DNA of 64,000 bases from an uncultured Candidatus Saccharibacteria bacterium (GTDB lineage: Bacteria > Patescibacteriota > Minisyncoccia > Phycocordibacterales > UBA9973), in contig CAYXYC010000001.1 in assembly GCA_964469225.1 (NCBI GenBank), forward strand, positions 27,556 to 91,555, given 5' to 3'. The notes beneath the pieces were generated by a model. The model made no database searches. It saw nothing but the letters and a program-made list of their open reading frames with translations, and was not told the DNA's origin. Of this stretch, positions 1-9,440 are shown in pieces. A program made the position numbers and the translations under genes. How positions within the stretch are numbered: position 1 is the first letter of the stretch; each line of letters starts with the position of its first letter.

Positions 1-1254
1 AATGGAAATGTTGTTGAAACAGGTGGGCAACAGAAAATAATTCATCAAACAAATGATCAACAGGCCATAGCAAGACAATCAAACAATCAAATAAAACATG
101 ACACAGGATCACAGAAATACGAAATTGAAACAGAAGGAAAGTTCAAACCAATTCATCCTGAACGATATCGTGATCACATTGATGGAATAGAAGATATTCA
201 CCGAAGAGATGTCATCGTTGGAAAATCTCCACAGACAACAACTCACGATGGTATTTCATATACGGACTGGAACAAAGCAACAGACAAAATGTTTGATCAC
301 AAAGATTTTCCGAAGGAACATAAGTTCCCGTCATACAATGCATATGAACGAGATCGTGAACTGCAAAATCTTTTTGGGTATGGAGAAAAAACAGATGGAA
401 AAGTTGTAATGGACTATTTCCGCGAACGAAGCGAATGGAATATTATTCAGAAAATGCCGGCATCATACTTTTTTAATATAAACAAACACATTAGTGAGAT
501 TCCACCAGAGGATCTAAATAGACTAATGGAAGCAGGCATCGTGACAGATAATTATTTCACAAAAGGAGGTATTACGATTCATAATTATTCATTCACAAAC
601 AAAGACGAACTTGTCCGACTTGCAACTGCGTATTCACATGTAAACCCAAGCGAAGTTGGTCCATACCAGAACGAAACGATTGAACAATATGTCGAACGAA
701 TGACAAAAGATATTCATCAAGCAGATGACGGAACACTCTTTGCAAGAAAAGATGTTGCAAAAACAGATTTACAAGGTAAACCAGTTTCGCATAGCGGGCG
801 AGGTGGTAGTGGTGGTGGACGACCACAGAGAGCACCACTCCCACAGTCACAACCATTCCCATATCCAGTAGGTGGAGGAGCGGGCGGAGGAGTAATTTCT
901 CCAACGAATGGAGTTTACAATACTGGAGGAGTTCCGACGATTGCTCCAACCCGTGGAGTATACAACACAGGATTCCCTCAATTTAATACTGGAGGAAATG
1001 GACCATTCTATGAGCCAGGAGTGATGGGAGGAATGATGCAGAACGGCAGAAATCTTGGAAATGATGCAGTAATTGGTGGAGTAAATGTTGCCGGCACAGC
1101 AATAAACGAAGCAGTTAGAGAAGCGCAGGGAGCAAGTGACGGACAGGGTGGTGAAAGAATTTTAAGTGTCGCATTACAAGAAAGTGTTCGTATTGGTGTT
1201 AATGGACTTTTGAGAGGAATGGGAATGTCGGGAGGTGGAGGAGTATGGAGATAA
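1..1254 (+). CDS. Hypothetical protein, 5'-truncated by the window edge; Gly/Pro-rich C-terminus
   Basis: The frame of ORF 289..1254 stays open without a stop back to base 1; low-complexity GGSGGG/GGGAGGG tail; no recognisable family motif. Confidence 0.7.
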   Translation, partial: NGNVVETGGQQKIIHQTNDQQAIARQSNNQIKHDTGSQKYEIETEGKFKPIHPERYRDHIDGIEDIHRRDVIVGKSPQTTTHDGISYTDWNKATDKMFDHKDFPKEHKFPSYNAYERDRELQNLFGYGEKTDGKVVMDYFRERSEWNIIQKMPASYFFNINKHISEIPPEDLNRLMEAGIVTDNYFTKGGITIHNYSFTNKDELVRLATAYSHVNPSEVGPYQNETIEQYVERMTKDIHQADDGTLFARKDVAKTDLQGKPVSHSGRGGSGGGRPQRAPLPQSQPFPYPVGGGAGGGVISPTNGVYNTGGVPTIAPTRGVYNTGFPQFNTGGNGPFYEPGVMGGMMQNGRNLGNDAVIGGVNVAGTAINEAVREAQGASDGQGGERILSVALQESVRIGVNGLLRGMGMSGGGGVWR

Positions 1255-1279
1255 AATTTATTAATTAATATAAAAAATA

Positions 1280-1585
1280 ATGTACAACACAATCAATAAT
1301 ACAATTATCACGACTCTCGGAATAAACGCACTTCCAGTTGATCAACAAAAAGAAGCAATTGAACGCCTTGGTGGATTGGTTTATCAAGAAGTAATGCTTC
1401 GTGTCGTTGACCAAATGGAAGAAGCTGATAAAGATGAGTTTGAAAAATTACTCGCAACAAATCCTGACCCGGAAACAATGTTTGAATTCATCGCTGAAAA
1501 AGTTCCTGAAGTAGATACGATTGTCAAAGAAGAAGCAGAAAAACTCCGCGGTGAGGCAAGCGAGATTATGGGTCAAATTGGATAA
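1280..1585 (+). CDS. Small acidic helical protein, CPR-type conserved hypothetical (DUF5663-like)
   Basis: 101 aa, LGINALP..QQ.E...L...V...V..R pattern recalled from Parcubacteria proteins; followed by a terminator. Confidence 0.55.
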   Translation: MYNTINNTIITTLGINALPVDQQKEAIERLGGLVYQEVMLRVVDQMEEADKDEFEKLLATNPDPETMFEFIAEKVPEVDTIVKEEAEKLRGEASEIMGQIG

Positions 1586-1624
1586 TAAAAAATCCCTCCG
1601 ATATTGGTCGGGGGGATTTTTTGT
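1586..1624. terminator. Bidirectional intrinsic terminator between convergent genes
   Basis: aaaaaatccctccga-tattgg-tcggggggatttttt hairpin with A and T tracts. Confidence 0.75.
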
Positions 1625-1641
1625 TTTAGGCGCGCAATTAC

Positions 1642-2265
1642 CTAATTAATCTTTTTGGGCAAAGGAATGCCACCATTACTTGCTGGCTGTGTTTGATACT
1701 GATACTGTCGTACCGGCTGTTGTTGATACTGAGATGTTTGAGGCTGGGGCGAAAAACTGTACGGAGAATCTTTTTGCCTGCTCCACATTTGTTCATCACC
1801 GAAGTGGTACACCAACAGAAAAACTTGTTTTGCTGGTATGTCTTTTGCCAAAAATCTTTTCTTTGGCTCTAGGTCTCCTTCTTTTACTGGTCTCCACATA
1901 CCATTATCAAAAACAACAGGATTGGCTTCAATGAAAAACGGGCGGGGGAGCGTTGTGAAAAGCTCACCAATGTTAACTTCACCCTTACCAGGAACTTTTA
2001 CCATGAGACTACGCTCAATGTAAATCATTTCGGGGTTTTCACTGTAAGTCGTGTCACCGTTTTGAATCGTCACCTTACGGGCAGTCATCTGCCACATTTT
2101 TAAAGTAACATCCTCTCCAGGAATAGTGATGTCAGCAATGCGAGGAACAGGAAACTCCAACATTTGGCAATAGTAAACCTTTTTGGTATTTGACTGCGCA
2201 TGTAAAGGAACAGGGCTCGCTATTGCTCCAACCAGAGCAAGGGCGAATAATAAAACTTTTTTCAT
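1642..2265 (-). CDS. Secreted hypothetical protein with Gln-rich C-terminus
   Basis: Signal peptide MKKVLLFALALVGAIASPVPLHA-Q; consensus promoter upstream. Confidence 0.7.
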   Translation of the reverse strand: MKKVLLFALALVGAIASPVPLHAQSNTKKVYYCQMLEFPVPRIADITIPGEDVTLKMWQMTARKVTIQNGDTTYSENPEMIYIERSLMVKVPGKGEVNIGELFTTLPRPFFIEANPVVFDNGMWRPVKEGDLEPKKRFLAKDIPAKQVFLLVYHFGDEQMWSRQKDSPYSFSPQPQTSQYQQQPVRQYQYQTQPASNGGIPLPKKIN

Positions 2266-2291
2266 AAACTCTTCTTTTTATATTTGGCAAT

Positions 2292-2320
2292 ATTATATAC
2301 CTTTTTATATCTTTTGTCAA
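2292..2320 (-). promoter_or_regulatory. Consensus sigma70 promoter for ORF 1642..2265
   Basis: Minus-strand TTGACA (2320-2315), 17 nt, TATAAT (2297-2292). Confidence 0.7.
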
Positions 2321-2360
2321 GGTCAAAAAGACCCTAAAAATCATGCTATTATAAGGCGAT

Positions 2361-4307
2361 ATGCACTATTTAGACTCCTTAAACGACAAACAAAAAGAAG
2401 CCGTTTTATATACCGACGGACCGCTTTTGATCGTTGCTGGTGCTGGAGCAGGCAAAACCAAGACAATTACACACCGAATTATCCATCTTATCCACCAAGG
2501 TATCGCACCGGAATCAATTCTTGCGGTTACATTTACGAATAAAGCTGCCAAGGAAATGCGGGAGCGAGTTATGACGCTTCTTGATAAGCCCGTTCATGGA
2601 GGACCGGTGTTTGGTATGGGACGAGATATTCCTTTTATTTCAACATTTCACTCGCTTGGTGTTCACATCATCAAAGAAAATGCGCATCTCCTCGGATTAA
2701 CAAAACATTTTACGATTGCTGATGAACACGACGCACTTGTCATTATCAAAGATGCTATGAAAGCACGCGACATTGATCCAAAACAATACGAACCGCGAAA
2801 AATAAAAAGTATTATTTCAAAATCAAAAGGGGACTTCGTTACCGTTGATTCATTTAGTCAGGGTGTTTCAAGTACTCTTCAGTCAATCGTCGCAAATATT
2901 TGGCGTGACTATGAACGCGCACTCAAAGCCGAGAAAGCACTCGACTTTGATGATCTTTTGCTTGAAACAGTACTTCTCCTAAAAAAATATCCGGAGATAA
3001 AATTAAAATATCAGGAGCGATGGAAATATGTTCATATTGATGAATATCAAGACACAAATGAAGTACAATATGAACTCGTAAAATTACTCGTTAGTCCGAA
3101 GGAAAATATTTGTGTTGTCGGTGATACCGATCAGAATATTTATAGTTGGCGCGGGGCAAACATAAAAAACATGCTTCACTTTGAAAAAGATTATCCTGAA
3201 GCAAAAATTATTCTACTTGAACAAAATTATCGCTCAACAAAAAATATTATTGAGGCAGCAAATAGTATTATAACCAAAAATCAATACCGTGTACCCAAAA
3301 ACCTTTTCACAGAAAATGCTGTTGGGGATCACATTACTATATATGAAGCATACGATGAATCGCATGAAGCAGAATTTGTAGCTGATAGCATCGAAGAACT
3401 ACTGCGTGAACATAAGGCAGAAGATATTGCGGTGCTATATCGAGCAAATTTTCAGTCCCGTGTACTTGAAGAAGCACTACTTTCTAAACGAATTCCATAT
3501 CAAGTGCTTGGGGTAAAATTTTTTGAACGAAAAGAAATCAAAGATGTCTTATCGTATATTCGCGCGGCACAAAATCGCGACAGTCTCTCTGATATAAAAC
3601 GCATCATCAATGTACCAGCGCGGGGAATAGGAAAAGTAACCCTTGCAAAACTTTTTGCAAACCAATTTGGAGAATTACCAGCTGGGATGCAACAGAAAAT
3701 ATCCTTATTCTATAAACTTCTTGACGATATTCGTGAATACAGTGAAAAGCATTTACCGTCTGAAACAATAAAATATATCATTGAACAAAGTGGACTTGAA
3801 AAAGAATTGTCTCATGGTACAACAGATGATCAAGAACGCTTGGAAAATATTAAAGAATTGGTAACACTTGCAACAAAATACGATTTGATGCCAGATGATG
3901 TCGGGCTTGAAAAATTATTAGAAGACGCGTCGCTTGCAAGCGATCAGGATTCTCTCATTCACACGGAGAATGCTCGTCATGCCACAAACGGAGTAAAACT
4001 AATGACTGTTCACGCATCAAAAGGACTTGAATTCAAATATGTTTTTATTGTCGGACTTGAACAAGATTTATTTCCCCATGCTCGTGGAGGAGCAACAAAA
4101 GAAGATGTGGAAGAAGAGCGAAGATTGTTTTATGTTGCGCTAACACGCGCAGAACACAAACTCTATATATCATACGCGCAAGTGCGTACTATTTTTGGTA
4201 TGCGACAAATAAATAATCCGAGCGAATTTCTTTCTGATATCCCAGACCATCTGACAGAATTTGAGCAAAGCCATCCAAGAAATGGTGAACGAATAGTTTA
4301 TATTTAA
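2361..4307 (+). CDS. pcrA: ATP-dependent DNA helicase PcrA/UvrD
   Basis: AGAGAGKT Walker A, TFTNKAA, DEYQDTN, VGDTDQNIYSWRGA, LEQNYRST, MTVHASKGLEF, EERRLFYVALTRA. Confidence 0.95.
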   Translation: MHYLDSLNDKQKEAVLYTDGPLLIVAGAGAGKTKTITHRIIHLIHQGIAPESILAVTFTNKAAKEMRERVMTLLDKPVHGGPVFGMGRDIPFISTFHSLGVHIIKENAHLLGLTKHFTIADEHDALVIIKDAMKARDIDPKQYEPRKIKSIISKSKGDFVTVDSFSQGVSSTLQSIVANIWRDYERALKAEKALDFDDLLLETVLLLKKYPEIKLKYQERWKYVHIDEYQDTNEVQYELVKLLVSPKENICVVGDTDQNIYSWRGANIKNMLHFEKDYPEAKIILLEQNYRSTKNIIEAANSIITKNQYRVPKNLFTENAVGDHITIYEAYDESHEAEFVADSIEELLREHKAEDIAVLYRANFQSRVLEEALLSKRIPYQVLGVKFFERKEIKDVLSYIRAAQNRDSLSDIKRIINVPARGIGKVTLAKLFANQFGELPAGMQQKISLFYKLLDDIREYSEKHLPSETIKYIIEQSGLEKELSHGTTDDQERLENIKELVTLATKYDLMPDDVGLEKLLEDASLASDQDSLIHTENARHATNGVKLMTVHASKGLEFKYVFIVGLEQDLFPHARGGATKEDVEEERRLFYVALTRAEHKLYISYAQVRTIFGMRQINNPSEFLSDIPDHLTEFEQSHPRNGERIVYI

Positions 4308-4335
4308 ATTTAATTTTTAAAAAAAACATTCCATC

Positions 4336-4377
4336 CTCTATAATCAACTATTGCTATAGCAATAGTTGATTATAGAG
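4336..4377. repeat. Perfect 42-bp palindrome with no loop
   Basis: ctctataatcaactattgcta|tagcaatagttgattatagag is its own reverse complement. Confidence 0.9.
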
Positions 4378-4471
4378 AGAAATTAGTATGAAAACTAAAA
4401 TAACTTAAATTAAAATTATTTGTTAGTATTAGTATTAAACTTTACTACTTACTACTTACTTTAAATTATAT

Positions 4472-5362
4472 ATGCAAAAAAATAAACCAAAAAAATCATC
4501 TGGATTAAAAAAGTTTTCTGAGGAAAAATTTTCTCAGAGTGTTTTTCTGAAGCCGAAGAAAAATTTTGGGCAGAATTTTTTGAAATCAAAGGAAGCGTTG
4601 CGCGCAATGTGCACCTCAAGCGAATTAAAGTCAACTGATACAGTTATTGAAATTGGGCCTGGTAAGGGCGCATTAACCGCATATCTCCTTGGTCACGCAG
4701 GAAAGATTATTGCGATTGAAAAAGACCGCGATTTGATTCCAATTCTTTCTGAAAAATTCCAAGAGGAAATAAAAAGTGGCAAACTTATTATTGTTGAAGG
4801 AGATATTCTTACTTTTGACCCCGAAAGTCAAAACCTGAAACCTGCGACTTATAAAATTGTTGCCAATATTCCATACAATATTACAGGTGCAATTATTAAG
4901 CGATTTCTTTCGGAAACAGTTCAACCAAAAAGTATGACACTATTGGTTCAAAAGGAGGTTGCTGAACGAATCGTCGCCCGCCCCGCCACAGGCGGTGCGG
5001 GTGGGGCCAAAGAAAGCATTTTGTCGCTTTCAGTCAAAGCATACGGAACACCTCACTATATTATGAAGGTCAGCAAGCGTTTTTTCAGCCCTGAACCAAA
5101 GGTTGATTCTGCAATTATTCATATTTCAGACATTTCAAAGCAAAACTTCAAGGATATTAACACCGAGGAGCGATTTTTTACTATTATAAAAGCTGGTTTT
5201 GCCCATAAACGAAAAGTTCTACGAAAAAATCTTGAAGAAATCGCCCCAATACAAGCAATTGACTCTGTCTTTCAATCACTCGGAATCAAAGAGAAGGCTC
5301 GCGCCGAAGACATATCATTCCCGATCTGGCTTTCGCTTTCACAGAATCTCAACCATATCTAG
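4472..5362 (+). CDS. rsmA: 16S rRNA m6,2A1518/1519 dimethyltransferase RsmA/KsgA
   Basis: GQNFL, VIEIGPGKGALT, ANIPYNIT, QKEVAERI, PKVDSA motifs. Confidence 0.95.
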   Translation: MQKNKPKKSSGLKKFSEEKFSQSVFLKPKKNFGQNFLKSKEALRAMCTSSELKSTDTVIEIGPGKGALTAYLLGHAGKIIAIEKDRDLIPILSEKFQEEIKSGKLIIVEGDILTFDPESQNLKPATYKIVANIPYNITGAIIKRFLSETVQPKSMTLLVQKEVAERIVARPATGGAGGAKESILSLSVKAYGTPHYIMKVSKRFFSPEPKVDSAIIHISDISKQNFKDINTEERFFTIIKAGFAHKRKVLRKNLEEIAPIQAIDSVFQSLGIKEKARAEDISFPIWLSLSQNLNHI

Positions 5363-5394
5363 GATAATTGAAAAGGGAATTGTATACTATATAT

Positions 5395-5835
5395 ATGAAG
5401 CATATTTTCCCAATCTCATCGATTATTTTTTCTTTTATTCTTTTTGCATTCATGCCTACTGGCGCGATGGCCTCCTCGTTTTCAATTTCAAAAGGATTTG
5501 GGGGGAAGGTTTACATGGCACCAGTTTCAGGTATTACCTGTAATGGGCTTGGGAGATTAATGATTTTGAGTAGTAATACAAGATCAGCATTAAGCACTGT
5601 TGGTGCGCAAGGGGGCATGAAAAAATCAGAGGCTGAAAGTTTTGCCAAGGGTATTTATGGGGCAATTCCAACATACTCAACAAACCCAAGCAAAAGTCCT
5701 ATTGTTGGTGGACAAATTTTAGGAAAAGAAAACGCAACTCCAGATCTAAGGACCTGTTACATTCCAACACCAACAGGCCCTGTTTTTATTCCTGTATTCA
5801 AAACAACAAATAATTACAATGTTTCAGCACGATAA
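5395..5835 (+). CDS. Secreted hypothetical protein, first gene of the secretion-locus operon
   Basis: ATG at 5395 follows TATACT (5383-5388); signal-peptide-like N-terminus; 2 nt before the next ORF. Confidence 0.65.
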   Translation: MKHIFPISSIIFSFILFAFMPTGAMASSFSISKGFGGKVYMAPVSGITCNGLGRLMILSSNTRSALSTVGAQGGMKKSEAESFAKGIYGAIPTYSTNPSKSPIVGGQILGKENATPDLRTCYIPTPTGPVFIPVFKTTNNYNVSAR

Positions 5836-5837
5836 TT

Positions 5838-6731
5838 ATGAAAATTAATATTAAACGAGAATATCTGCCGAGCGATGATTTCATTGCTCGCGCAATTATA
5901 ATTGCAATCGTTATCGCTTTTGGCACTGGAATCTTTTATCTCGGACGATTTGTTGTTAGGAAAATAAGCAACAAATCAAGCGCAAGTATAAAAATCAGCG
6001 AATTGGTTATAAAAGATAGTAATAAAAACGGTATTGCTGATTGGGAAGAATCACTCTGGGGACTTGATCCGACAAAAAATGGCACAGACAACAAGGCGTT
6101 TATTCTTGCAAAAAAACAAGAATTGAACCGAGAATCAGGTGACACACAATCAACGCTTTCTAAAAACGACAAATTAGCTCGCGAATTTTTTGCGCTTATT
6201 ACATCACTTCAACAATCTGGAACTTTAAATGACGAAACAATTGGCGCAATTGGAGACGCAATCGGAAAACAAGCTACCGCCACAGATATTCCAGATACAT
6301 ATGGAGCAGAATCAATAAAAACCCTATCCACAACACCAGCATCTATTCGCGCGTACCATACAGCATTTTCAAAATTAGCATTATCATATGGAAACAGCGA
6401 CATTGGCAACGAATTAATCTTTATTTCACAAGCCATAGACCACAACGAATCCTCGGCAATCAGCGCCGCAAAAAGTGTCGCACGCGCATACAAATCATTT
6501 GCCCAAGAACTTGTTGCTATTCCAGTACCAAAATCACTAATACCTATTATTCTGCCACTTGCAAATAATTACGACAAAACAGGCACGGCGATAATTGAAA
6601 TGAGCTCATTGATTGATGATCAGTTTGCCGGAATGAGGGGAATTGTAAACTATAAACGATACAATGATGCGCTTCTTGCGAACCTTGATGATTTGAAAAG
6701 TTTTTTTGAAAGAAATGGTATACTGAAATAG
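5838..6731 (+). CDS. Membrane-anchored protein with bacterial TSP3-like Ca-binding motif
   Basis: N-terminal TM helix; DSNKNGIADWEE..WGLDP motif. Confidence 0.65.
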   Translation: MKINIKREYLPSDDFIARAIIIAIVIAFGTGIFYLGRFVVRKISNKSSASIKISELVIKDSNKNGIADWEESLWGLDPTKNGTDNKAFILAKKQELNRESGDTQSTLSKNDKLAREFFALITSLQQSGTLNDETIGAIGDAIGKQATATDIPDTYGAESIKTLSTTPASIRAYHTAFSKLALSYGNSDIGNELIFISQAIDHNESSAISAAKSVARAYKSFAQELVAIPVPKSLIPIILPLANNYDKTGTAIIEMSSLIDDQFAGMRGIVNYKRYNDALLANLDDLKSFFERNGILK

Positions 6732-6739
6732 TATTTAGT

Positions 6740-9436
6740 ATGAATAAACGATCACGCATTCTCAATACGGGACTACAAATGCTTCTAGTAGCGTCTTTTT
6801 CCGTTTCGCATATTGCATATGGTGCATCAGAAGTAATTCCAACTGGACGCAATTTAAATTTTGATACAGTAAACACAAGCGCATACAAACCAAGTTCACA
6901 AAACATATCTAGTTCTGGTATTGCAATTAGCGTTCCAGGATGTACTGGCATTACAAATAAAGTGCAACGATCATTAGGTGGAGTTCTCTCTGGTAACCCA
7001 GAAGATCTTGTTGGTCTAGCTGATTCACTTATTGATTTTTCTAGTAACAGCGTAACAACTGCCGATCAAAATGTTGGTGATTCTCTAAAAAAATTATTTA
7101 CAACATCAAAAGATGATGCTTTCCGTGAAAATTGTATCAATGGTATCGGCTATCGTCTCGCAAAAAAACAACTTTCAGATATTACACAGAAAACATTAAA
7201 CTGGACTTCACATGGATATGATGGCGACCCACTCTTTGTTCGTGATCAAAGTTCTTTTTTCAAAGATATTTCAAACAAGGAAGTTATCCAAGCATCTAAA
7301 ACATACAGCGCCTCAAATTCAAGAAACGATTATCCATACGGTAAAGAATTTGCCCGAACAGCAATTAGTAGTAAAAAGGCGCAAAATAATTTTGAAGAGT
7401 CAGCAAAATCTGATTTGTCATATTATCTTGCACCAGGAGCAACACCAAAAAGTTTCAGTACAGACTTTTCACAGGGTGGATGGAATGGTTGGCTTGCCCT
7501 AACACAAAAACCTCAAAACAACCCTCTTGGATTCACGATGATTGCAAGTCAGCATATCGCAAACCAGTCAGCAGAAAAAATACAGAACCAACAAAATGAA
7601 TTAAATCAAAACAAGGGATTTCTCTCGGAGAAAAGATGTGTTGAATATTATCCAGCAACTGGAGGAGGGACGGGCACTGTCAGTACAACGGCTGGTGTGT
7701 ACGGAACAGCAAAAGGTGCATGTAAAACTTACGAAACAATTACTCCAGGAAGTATTATTGCTGAACAGGTTGCAACAGTGCTAACTTCACCAATTCGCCA
7801 ACTTGAACTTGCTGATGGGGTTAACGAATCACTCGGTGGCGTATTCAACTCACTCTTGAACAAACTCGGAATCCAAGGGCTACTTGGACTTTCTGGTTTT
7901 AATTCTGTAAGTAATGGATGGAAAGAAGTTGGTGGTTCTGGATACGGGTCAAATAGTTTTTCTTCACTCCAAGGCTCATTTATGACTGCCTTTGGAACAA
8001 GTTCATCGGGGCAAGACGACGCGATAATATCTGTACGAAAAGGCGATGGATGGAATTCAGATGAAAAGCCATTTGATCTAACAAAAGATCTTGGTAATAC
8101 ATATCTCCGTGGTGTCCCAAAAAGACTCGGCACTTGGGATGCAAAAAACAACATGACAACACCACTTGCTGGATCGGGAGAAACACCCCGCCAGTTAGTT
8201 CCAAGTACTGGAACGAAAAATACTTTTTATGTTGTGTCTACGGCTGGAAACACTGAACTCTCTGAACCAGAAAGTTGTTTCCCAATCAGTTATCCAAATG
8301 GAACAACATCAAACTGCTGGCAACGCGGTGACCTTGTGCTTTTTGACGGTGACCAGTGGGTGAGTGCAAAATTCTGGAATGGTGTTGATGAAAAAGGTGG
8401 GTTAAAAGACGCAGTAACTGGTAAAAGAATCCGCATTATTGACAAAAAGGGTGTTATTCAAATTCAGCAAGACTACATCAGAGCGGTCAAAGCCTCAATG
8501 AAAGAACTACCACCGATAATGCCTGCGCTTGGTGAACTTGATTATTGTATTCCTGGCCCAAATCCAAGTTGGTATGAAAGTGCCATATTGTCTAACGAAG
8601 CGCTTTCAGCATATATTAGTGGCATACAATTTGATCCGAACACTCTTGATCTCGCATTGCCTGACCCAAAACAATACGCAAGTGCGTATTATGGGCCAAC
8701 TCCTTGGAAACAATTAAACCCAGGAAAAGTTGAATCCTTCTTGCGTTTTTCATTTGCAAATATTCAAAAATCATTTGGAGATATTTTTAAACAGTATTTT
8801 AAAGAGTTTGCATTTTCAAGCATAGAGACTGCATTTTCTCAAGCAATCCAAGAAACTCAAGAATTACTCGATCAACAAAAAGAAGCAACCATAGGAAGTT
8901 TGGCTAACCAACTTAAGACATTACACGATGCATTAAATTCTATTTACGGACAGGGTGGTACTATGACGAGTGAATTTATTGTTAATAATGACAAAGAATT
9001 AGCAGATCTAAATCCTAATTATTTACCAATGGCAACAACTGGTATGTCTTTTACAAAAGACATTCGTATTTATGATGTAAACATTGCACAAGCAAACAAA
9101 GACTACCGAGACCTTCTTGATCAGGGTATTTCAAATATTTATCGTCTCAACATTATAAAATCAAAAGTTGATAAAATTATTAAGGCTGCTCAGGAACGAC
9201 GATCACGAACCGTTGGTATTGGCACAATACCTGATGATTGTTTAATGAATGAAGAGATCACATACCTGGGAGATGATGGTGTACCGACTGGAACAATTAA
9301 TGTTATTGATACAGTATCAAATACTGGAAGTGGATTAGGCGGTAGAGTTACTAGTGGATCGGGTACTGGTATTGGTAATGTTTATAATGGAAGTGAAGAA
9401 ATATCAGGTGGGGGACTTCAAGTAAACCCACAATAA
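6740..9436 (+). CDS. Large secreted protein (898 aa) of the CPR secretion locus
   Basis: Signal peptide; GGWNGWLALTQ.PQNNP.G and TPGSII motifs recalled from Parcubacteria T4SS-linked proteins; Cys pairs; helical C-terminus. Confidence 0.65.
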   Translation: MNKRSRILNTGLQMLLVASFSVSHIAYGASEVIPTGRNLNFDTVNTSAYKPSSQNISSSGIAISVPGCTGITNKVQRSLGGVLSGNPEDLVGLADSLIDFSSNSVTTADQNVGDSLKKLFTTSKDDAFRENCINGIGYRLAKKQLSDITQKTLNWTSHGYDGDPLFVRDQSSFFKDISNKEVIQASKTYSASNSRNDYPYGKEFARTAISSKKAQNNFEESAKSDLSYYLAPGATPKSFSTDFSQGGWNGWLALTQKPQNNPLGFTMIASQHIANQSAEKIQNQQNELNQNKGFLSEKRCVEYYPATGGGTGTVSTTAGVYGTAKGACKTYETITPGSIIAEQVATVLTSPIRQLELADGVNESLGGVFNSLLNKLGIQGLLGLSGFNSVSNGWKEVGGSGYGSNSFSSLQGSFMTAFGTSSSGQDDAIISVRKGDGWNSDEKPFDLTKDLGNTYLRGVPKRLGTWDAKNNMTTPLAGSGETPRQLVPSTGTKNTFYVVSTAGNTELSEPESCFPISYPNGTTSNCWQRGDLVLFDGDQWVSAKFWNGVDEKGGLKDAVTGKRIRIIDKKGVIQIQQDYIRAVKASMKELPPIMPALGELDYCIPGPNPSWYESAILSNEALSAYISGIQFDPNTLDLALPDPKQYASAYYGPTPWKQLNPGKVESFLRFSFANIQKSFGDIFKQYFKEFAFSSIETAFSQAIQETQELLDQQKEATIGSLANQLKTLHDALNSIYGQGGTMTSEFIVNNDKELADLNPNYLPMATTGMSFTKDIRIYDVNIAQANKDYRDLLDQGISNIYRLNIIKSKVDKIIKAAQERRSRTVGIGTIPDDCLMNEEITYLGDDGVPTGTINVIDTVSNTGSGLGGRVTSGSGTGIGNVYNGSEEISGGGLQVNPQ

Positions 9437-9440
9437 AATT

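Noticed and set aside
1642-2265. Bacteroidota origin of the secreted ORFans, suggested by Gln right after the signal peptide
   Set aside because: A single weak feature; cannot be supported without a homology search
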